In this document: positions 58,635 to 64,000 of the stretch, one piece after another
How positions within the stretch are numbered: the stretch's first letter is position 1
How the letters are laid out: each line of letters begins with the position of its first letter
NCBI GenBank assembly: GCA_965214775.1
Contig: OZ243974.1
Span: forward strand, 1,696,001-1,760,000
Source: Nitrosopumilus sp.
GTDB taxonomy: Archaea; Thermoproteota; Nitrososphaeria; Nitrososphaerales; Nitrosopumilaceae
DNA length: 64,000 nucleotides
Direction of reading: 5' to 3'
Position numbers and translations under genes: made by a program
Notes under the pieces: generated by a model
Told to the model about the DNA's origin: nothing
The model's input: the letters and a program-made list of their open reading frames with translations, nothing else
Database searches by the model: none

Positions 58635-59873
58635 TTGGCCAGGATTACTTCAATTGAAGGACGCATCATATACAACAGTCGGGGAGGCAAAACAGTCGAG
58701 GTTGATGTCACCTCAGATAACAATTTTTTGGGAAGAGTATGCGCCCCGTCAGGGGCAAGTGTCGGAAAACACGAGGCGGCAAGCTTTCTGAACGGAAAGC
58801 CAGAAGACAGCATCAGAGTCCTGAATGAAAATTCTGGGAAATTTATCGGTCTTGAATCATCAGATTTGAAACAAATCCACGACACGCTAAAAAAAGTAGA
58901 CAGGACGGAAAATTATTCAGGGGTGGGAGGGGCACTAGCTTTTGCGGTAACTATTGCCTCGATGGAATCTGCGGCAAGGGCGTCAAACCAGCAGCTGTTT
59001 GAATTGTTATCATCAGAGTCATCATTCAAATTTCCGTTTCCCTTGGGAAACATTCTGGGGGGAGGAGCACATGCAGGCCCCGGGACTCCAGACATACAGG
59101 AAATTCTGATTTGTGCGACAGGCTCAAGGGATATCGAGGATGCAATTAAAACAAATCTTAAAGTACACAAGGAATTGCAGAAAATTTTGCTAAAAGAGGA
59201 TCCCAGTTTCACCAATGGAAGAGGAGACGAGGGAGGATGGGCTCCAAAATTGAATAATCAAGAGGCTTTGGAGGCTTCTGCAAAGGCATGTGAGAATTTA
59301 GGGTATACCTTGGGAAAGGAGGTCTCGCTGGGTGTGGATTTTGCATCATCGACGCAATGGAATGAGGAAAAGCAAAAGTATGTTTACAGCAGGGCAGGAT
59401 TTGAAAATTCAGCCGGAGAACAGATTGATTTTGCCGCAGATATCATTGACAGGTTCAAATTAATTTATGCCGAAGATGCAGTCCACGAGGAGGCATTTGA
59501 TGACATGTCAGAACTAACGGCAAGGTTTCCAGATACGCTGGTAACCGGGGACGATCTTACGGTAACAAACAAGAATATTCTTGCAAGGGCTATTGAAAAG
59601 AGATCGTGCAATGCCGCAATTCTCAAGGTAAACCAGGCCGGAAGCCTTTATGACGCACTAGAGTTTGCAGATTTGGCAAGCCATAACAATATCAGGCTAA
59701 TCACGTCACACCGATCAGGCGAATCAACGGATTCACAGATTTCACACATAGGTATTGCTACAAAGTCCAAAATGCTCAAGGCAGGCGTTGTCGGGGGGGA
59801 AAGAGTGGCAAAACTCAACGAATTGTTGCGCCTATCAGAGCATGATTTAATATGCGGTATGGCAGAGATTTAA
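58635..59873 (+). CDS. eno: Enolase
   Basis: PSGASVG, GDEGG, TGDDL, KVNQ and SHRSGE motifs. Confidence 0.96.
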   Translation: MARITSIEGRIIYNSRGGKTVEVDVTSDNNFLGRVCAPSGASVGKHEAASFLNGKPEDSIRVLNENSGKFIGLESSDLKQIHDTLKKVDRTENYSGVGGALAFAVTIASMESAARASNQQLFELLSSESSFKFPFPLGNILGGGAHAGPGTPDIQEILICATGSRDIEDAIKTNLKVHKELQKILLKEDPSFTNGRGDEGGWAPKLNNQEALEASAKACENLGYTLGKEVSLGVDFASSTQWNEEKQKYVYSRAGFENSAGEQIDFAADIIDRFKLIYAEDAVHEEAFDDMSELTARFPDTLVTGDDLTVTNKNILARAIEKRSCNAAILKVNQAGSLYDALEFADLASHNNIRLITSHRSGESTDSQISHIGIATKSKMLKAGVVGGERVAKLNELLRLSEHDLICGMAEI

Positions 59874-59880
59874 AATCGGC

Positions 59881-60504
59881 ATGAGCCAGCAAGCAGAGAC
59901 AACTGACATCAAAAAGAAGATCTTTACTACGGGAATCAGGGTAGGGACCTCAGTAAAAACCAAGTTCATGGAACCGTTCATCACAAAAGACAGGCCAGAA
60001 GGACTGTACACGCTTGACTTGGACATTACATTAGAGAAGATTCAGACCGCCGCAAAATTTATCAACAGACTAGGCCCTGACAGTCTGATTGTCTGTTCTG
60101 GAAGGCAGTATGCAGAGACGCCTATTGAAAAATTCTGCAAGGTCTTAGGCTCAAAGAAGCTGCTTGGAAGATTCATGCCGGGAACACTGACCAACCCGTC
60201 ACTGCCGTACTATATTGAACCAAAGCTGGTTTTAATTTCAGATCCCCAGATAGACGAGCAGGCAGTTACTGAGGCGACCAATGCAGGAATCCCGATAATA
60301 GGAATTGCAAATACGGACAATATTACATCCAAGCTGGATGTCGTCATCCCGGCAAACAACAGAGGCAGAAAGGCTCTTGCGACAGTCTACTGGCTGCTGG
60401 TGCGTCAAATTCTCATTGAAATGGGGGAATTAAAAGAGGACGAGCCGATGGAATATGAGATTGATGATTTTGAAACAAAGATTACCGAAGAGGAAATCGA
60501 ATAG
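59881..60504 (+). CDS. rps2: 30S ribosomal protein S2
   Basis: GRFMPGTLTNP and IPANNRG motifs. Confidence 0.97.
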   Translation: MSQQAETTDIKKKIFTTGIRVGTSVKTKFMEPFITKDRPEGLYTLDLDITLEKIQTAAKFINRLGPDSLIVCSGRQYAETPIEKFCKVLGSKKLLGRFMPGTLTNPSLPYYIEPKLVLISDPQIDEQAVTEATNAGIPIIGIANTDNITSKLDVVIPANNRGRKALATVYWLLVRQILIEMGELKEDEPMEYEIDDFETKITEEEIE

Positions 60505-60534
60505 CTGGTCAGTTTTCATTCCAGAGCATCATAC

Positions 60535-61503
60535 TTGATATCTAAAGCATCAGCTCCGGGCAAGGTAATTCTTTTTGGAGAACACTTTGTCGTACACGGA
60601 GTCAAGGCCATTCTTTGTGCAATAGACAGGCGGGTATCTGTTACGGCTGAAACGACTGACGAAGACAAGATAGTCATCGAGTCAGATGTCGGGGATCTAA
60701 GGCTGGACAAAGGCAGAAACATTGACGAGATCAACTCGCCCCTCAAACCGTTCTATTTTCTTGCAGACAAACTGCTAAAAGAACAGCCAGATGCGGTTGC
60801 GGCGGGAATCAGGATTTCGGTAGAATCAGAGATACCCCCGGGCGTTGGCCTGGGATCGTCATCGGCCTGCTGTGTGGCAGGGGCAGGGGCAATTTCAGGG
60901 CTGTTTTCAAAGAAAACAAGGGGCGAGATTTTAGAGATGGCAATTGATGCCGAAAGGACCGTTTTTAGAAACACGTCTGGTGCAGACTGCACGGTTTCTG
61001 CACACGGAGGAATCATGGTTTACGACAAGACGGGCTTTACAAGGATAGTATATGAGCCTGATTTCCAGCTTGTAATAACAAATTCCAACATTGAGCATTC
61101 AACAGAAAAGGTTGTAGAAAAAGTGCAAAAATTCAAAGACCGAAATGAAAAAGAGTTTGCAGAGTTGTGCTCAAAAGAATCAGAGCTGGTCGAGGATGTT
61201 TTAAGGATATTCAAGCAAGAAGATGAGATTGCAAGGCTGGGCGAAAAGGCCGTTGAGAACCAAAAGTTCCTGGAGGCGATAGGAGTTTCAAATCATACGC
61301 TAAGAAGAATGGTGGAAATTGGCAACAAGACATCGTTTGGATCCAAGATTACCGGCGCAGGCGGGGGCGGATGTATTTTCTCCCTGACTAACGAGAAAAA
61401 CGCAGAAGAGACTCTGAACGGGTTTAAGAGTAAAGATTACGAGTGTTTTTCAGTAAAAATTGACGCAGAGGGATTGTTGCACGCATCCGTAGTCAATTCA
61501 TAA
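60535..61503 (+). CDS. mvk: Mevalonate kinase
   Basis: APGKVILFGEH, GLGSSSA and KITGAGGGG motifs. Confidence 0.95.
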   Translation: MISKASAPGKVILFGEHFVVHGVKAILCAIDRRVSVTAETTDEDKIVIESDVGDLRLDKGRNIDEINSPLKPFYFLADKLLKEQPDAVAAGIRISVESEIPPGVGLGSSSACCVAGAGAISGLFSKKTRGEILEMAIDAERTVFRNTSGADCTVSAHGGIMVYDKTGFTRIVYEPDFQLVITNSNIEHSTEKVVEKVQKFKDRNEKEFAELCSKESELVEDVLRIFKQEDEIARLGEKAVENQKFLEAIGVSNHTLRRMVEIGNKTSFGSKITGAGGGGCIFSLTNEKNAEETLNGFKSKDYECFSVKIDAEGLLHASVVNS

Positions 61504-61675
61504 AAAACGAACAATTTTGAGAGCTGCTTTTGATCCAAAGATCTAGGATCAGGCAAACCATCGCACATGCATGGGAAAACAGACAGAATTCGCGGTAATA
61601 GGTTGGCCCCTGCCTAGGCAGCAATCAGACATGAACTGCCTGCAGTTGTGATTTTCATGCCTGAACAGACGGGGT

Positions 61676-63592
61676 GTGTGAGGTCACCTATTCCCCCACA
61701 TTAGGCCAAATATTGATGACGATGCCGATCCTTATACCATGATCGCGTATACTAGACATTATGAAAGGTCAACCTTCCACATTCTGCGAGATCGAGGCAT
61801 CTATAGCATCGTCGACGGAGAAGATACGGAGTCTGGAAAAGGGAATCAAGGAACGTGACAACGTCATCAAGGAACAGGGCAATGTCATCAAGGAACGTGA
61901 CACGACCATTGAGAAACTAAACAATATAATCAAGGATCAGGGCGACAGGCTCCGATACTACGAGAACGAGAACTCGCCCCCGTCGGCAGACTCGCTTGCG
62001 TGGAAGGAGCAAAAGGCACAGAGGAAAAAGGAGAGGGCCCGATCCGATGCTGCAGCCGGGAATGACGGCGCTAGGAATAACAGGAAAAAGCCCGGCGGCC
62101 AAAAGGGCCACAAGGGCGTATCGCGCGTCCACCGGCCCACCCGGGTACAAAGGCACTACTTTCCGGGCGGACAGGGTAAGAGTTTACCCCTCAGGCAGCA
62201 CTACTGGCCGGAGCCTTCATGGTCACGCCTGCCACGCCGTATCTCAGGTGAGGGATAAACTCGTACGACAGGGATCGTCGCGTGTTGGCTAGACTGAGGC
62301 GCGAGGGCTGGTCCGTGCTGCGCTTTTGGGAGCATGACATCATGGGCAATCCTGACAGTAAGAGATCACCCCCTCCAGAAAGTACGACGTGGTAGGCACG
62401 GTGATCAAGGCTCCGACCAGCAGAGTCGCCTGAGGGGTAAACTCTTACCGGACAGGCGCCAGAGTGCTGGTGCGGCACCACCACGAAGATCATGAACAGG
62501 CCGCAGACACGCGACATGATTGGATTTGAGATCAAGGCGATTGAGACTCGCCACGAGTCGCAGAGGGCAGTATGCCCAAAGTGCGGCACGTATCATATTG
62601 CCCCCAACGGCCTGCCCCGATGCGGCAACTACGACACGAGCGTGGTCACAGCCGTCACCAAGCTGCGCAGCGAGGGCGTTCCATACAGCAGGATCCCAGG
62701 CATCCTGTCAGATATCACGGGCGTGGACATGTCAAAGTCAACTGCAATCAACAACGTGGGGCGCGTCTGCGAGGCCGCAAAGGCGCCTGCCGAGGCCATC
62801 GCAAAGGAGGTAAAGATCTCAAAGACCGTCTGCATAGACGAGACGGGGATCAACCTGGCAGGCAAGACGGGATGGGTGTGGACCATACTGTCAGCAGCAG
62901 GCATACTCATGATATACAACAATACAAGGAAGGCCCTGGTTCTGGACCAGTACATGAGCGGGTACAAGGGCGTCGTCACATCAGACGGATATCCCGCATA
63001 CAAGAGGTTCGATCCGGGAGGAAGGCACCAGCGGTGCTGGGCGCACGAGCTGCGATCCCTCCTGTATGGTTCGCAGAAAAAGGACGCCCTGCTGTTTGCA
63101 GGGATCCTGTACCGGCAGGGGCAGCAGCTGTTCGGAGACGCCAAGACGTGTCTAGAAGGGTGGGACAAGCTGTCCCCCGAGGATCTCCTGGATCTTGAAG
63201 AGAGGACGGGGATAAGGGCCGCCGACGGGCTGATGGGCCGGCACTCGCCGGAGCTGCGCCGGCGGTTTGAGACCAGGATGCGCAACGTCCTGTTCGGATA
63301 CAGGGATACGCAGGACGAATCGTTGAAAGCTCTTGTCAGGCGGATGTACAATGCCCTGCCTGGCCTGTTTGCATTCCTGGAATACGAGGACGTCGAGCCC
63401 ACCAACAATTCTGCAGAGCGGGCGCTGCGCCCCGTCGTATTGCAGGAGAAGATAAGCGGCCAGATCAAGGGCGGCCTAGTCTGGATGGACAGGTACGGAT
63501 GGCTCAATACATGCACCTCGACGTGGAAACTGCAGGGCAAGTCCATCATGGTTGAGGTAGCCAAAATAATTCAGGGGTAGGTGACCTCATAC
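61676..63592 (+). mobile_element. IS66-family element; transposase 61761-63580 interrupted by a MITE
   Basis: TIR GTRTGAGGTCACCTA; NSPPS, GGQKGHKG, IDETG, SDGY, QRCWAH and PTNNSAERALR motifs. Confidence 0.9.
62176..62448. mobile_element. 273-bp IS66-type non-autonomous element (family F) with a Vsr fragment
   Basis: 21-bp TIR GTAAGAGTTTACCCCTCAGGC, 8-bp TSD CGGACAGG; removal restores the transposase frame. Confidence 0.9.
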
Positions 63593-64000
63593 ATGGAGCA
63601 CATCAACGGTGGCACCGACACCGGCGGGGGAGGGAGGCCTGTCAGCAGGGTCTGGGCGTGTGTGTTCTCAGTCACCATATTTGCGGTGTTGTGGACCGGC
63701 AAGATGAAAAAGACGAGAAGATGGGCGGCACTCTTTGTGGTGCTTGTACTGGTCTTCTCGACAGACGAGATGCTCTACCAGCTTGACGGTTCCACGACCT
63801 GAGAGTTGATTCGAAATTAGCAAATTTTGATCAAATGGGCACATATTGTACACCAACCCGATCCAAATGCAGGCAAAATGTACATAATTCATGAAGTTGT
63901 TTGATAAATTATCAAAAAACCCCCGGACATTCAGGATGTTTGCCGGCATGACTGCCCCCGAATTTGATTTGTTGTATGCAAAGGTGGCAAAAAAACACCC

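Overview
Archaeal chromosome window, most likely a Nitrosopumilus-like thaumarchaeote (Nitrosopumilaceae). The basis is the translin-tRNA-Leu-rpo10-eno-rps2-mvk block, archaeal CobT, RFC-L and the family-typical hypothetical genes. The heavy IS/MITE load could reflect a host-associated lineage (inference). Core genes occupy about 1-3.8 kb, 37.4-43.9 kb and 53.4-61.5 kb; the rest is accessory. (i) About 4-23.5 kb is an island at the 3' end of tRNA-Lys. It holds a ~16-kb tyrosine-integrase element with a type I R-M locus containing two oppositely oriented hsdS genes that share nested inverted repeats around a second tyrosine recombinase, i.e. an hsdS shufflon architecture in an archaeon. A divergent TATA-binding-protein paralogue is translationally coupled to the second hsdS. 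(ii) About 24-37.4 kb lies after tRNA-Asp: IS481s, a DUF5678/aspartyl-protease pair, and a sister integrase element carrying an HNH nuclease and type III R-M that appears to have integrated into the terminal repeat of a MITE. (iii) About 44-53 kb holds a secreted trypsin-like protease, small membrane genes with a shared promoter, an atypical tRNA (Leu anticodon, G73, 27-nt variable region) and an IS-truncated HD/YwgA-like pair. At least six MITE families are visible; some disrupt hsdM, hicA and an IS66 transposase. All calls were made by eye and no database searches were run.
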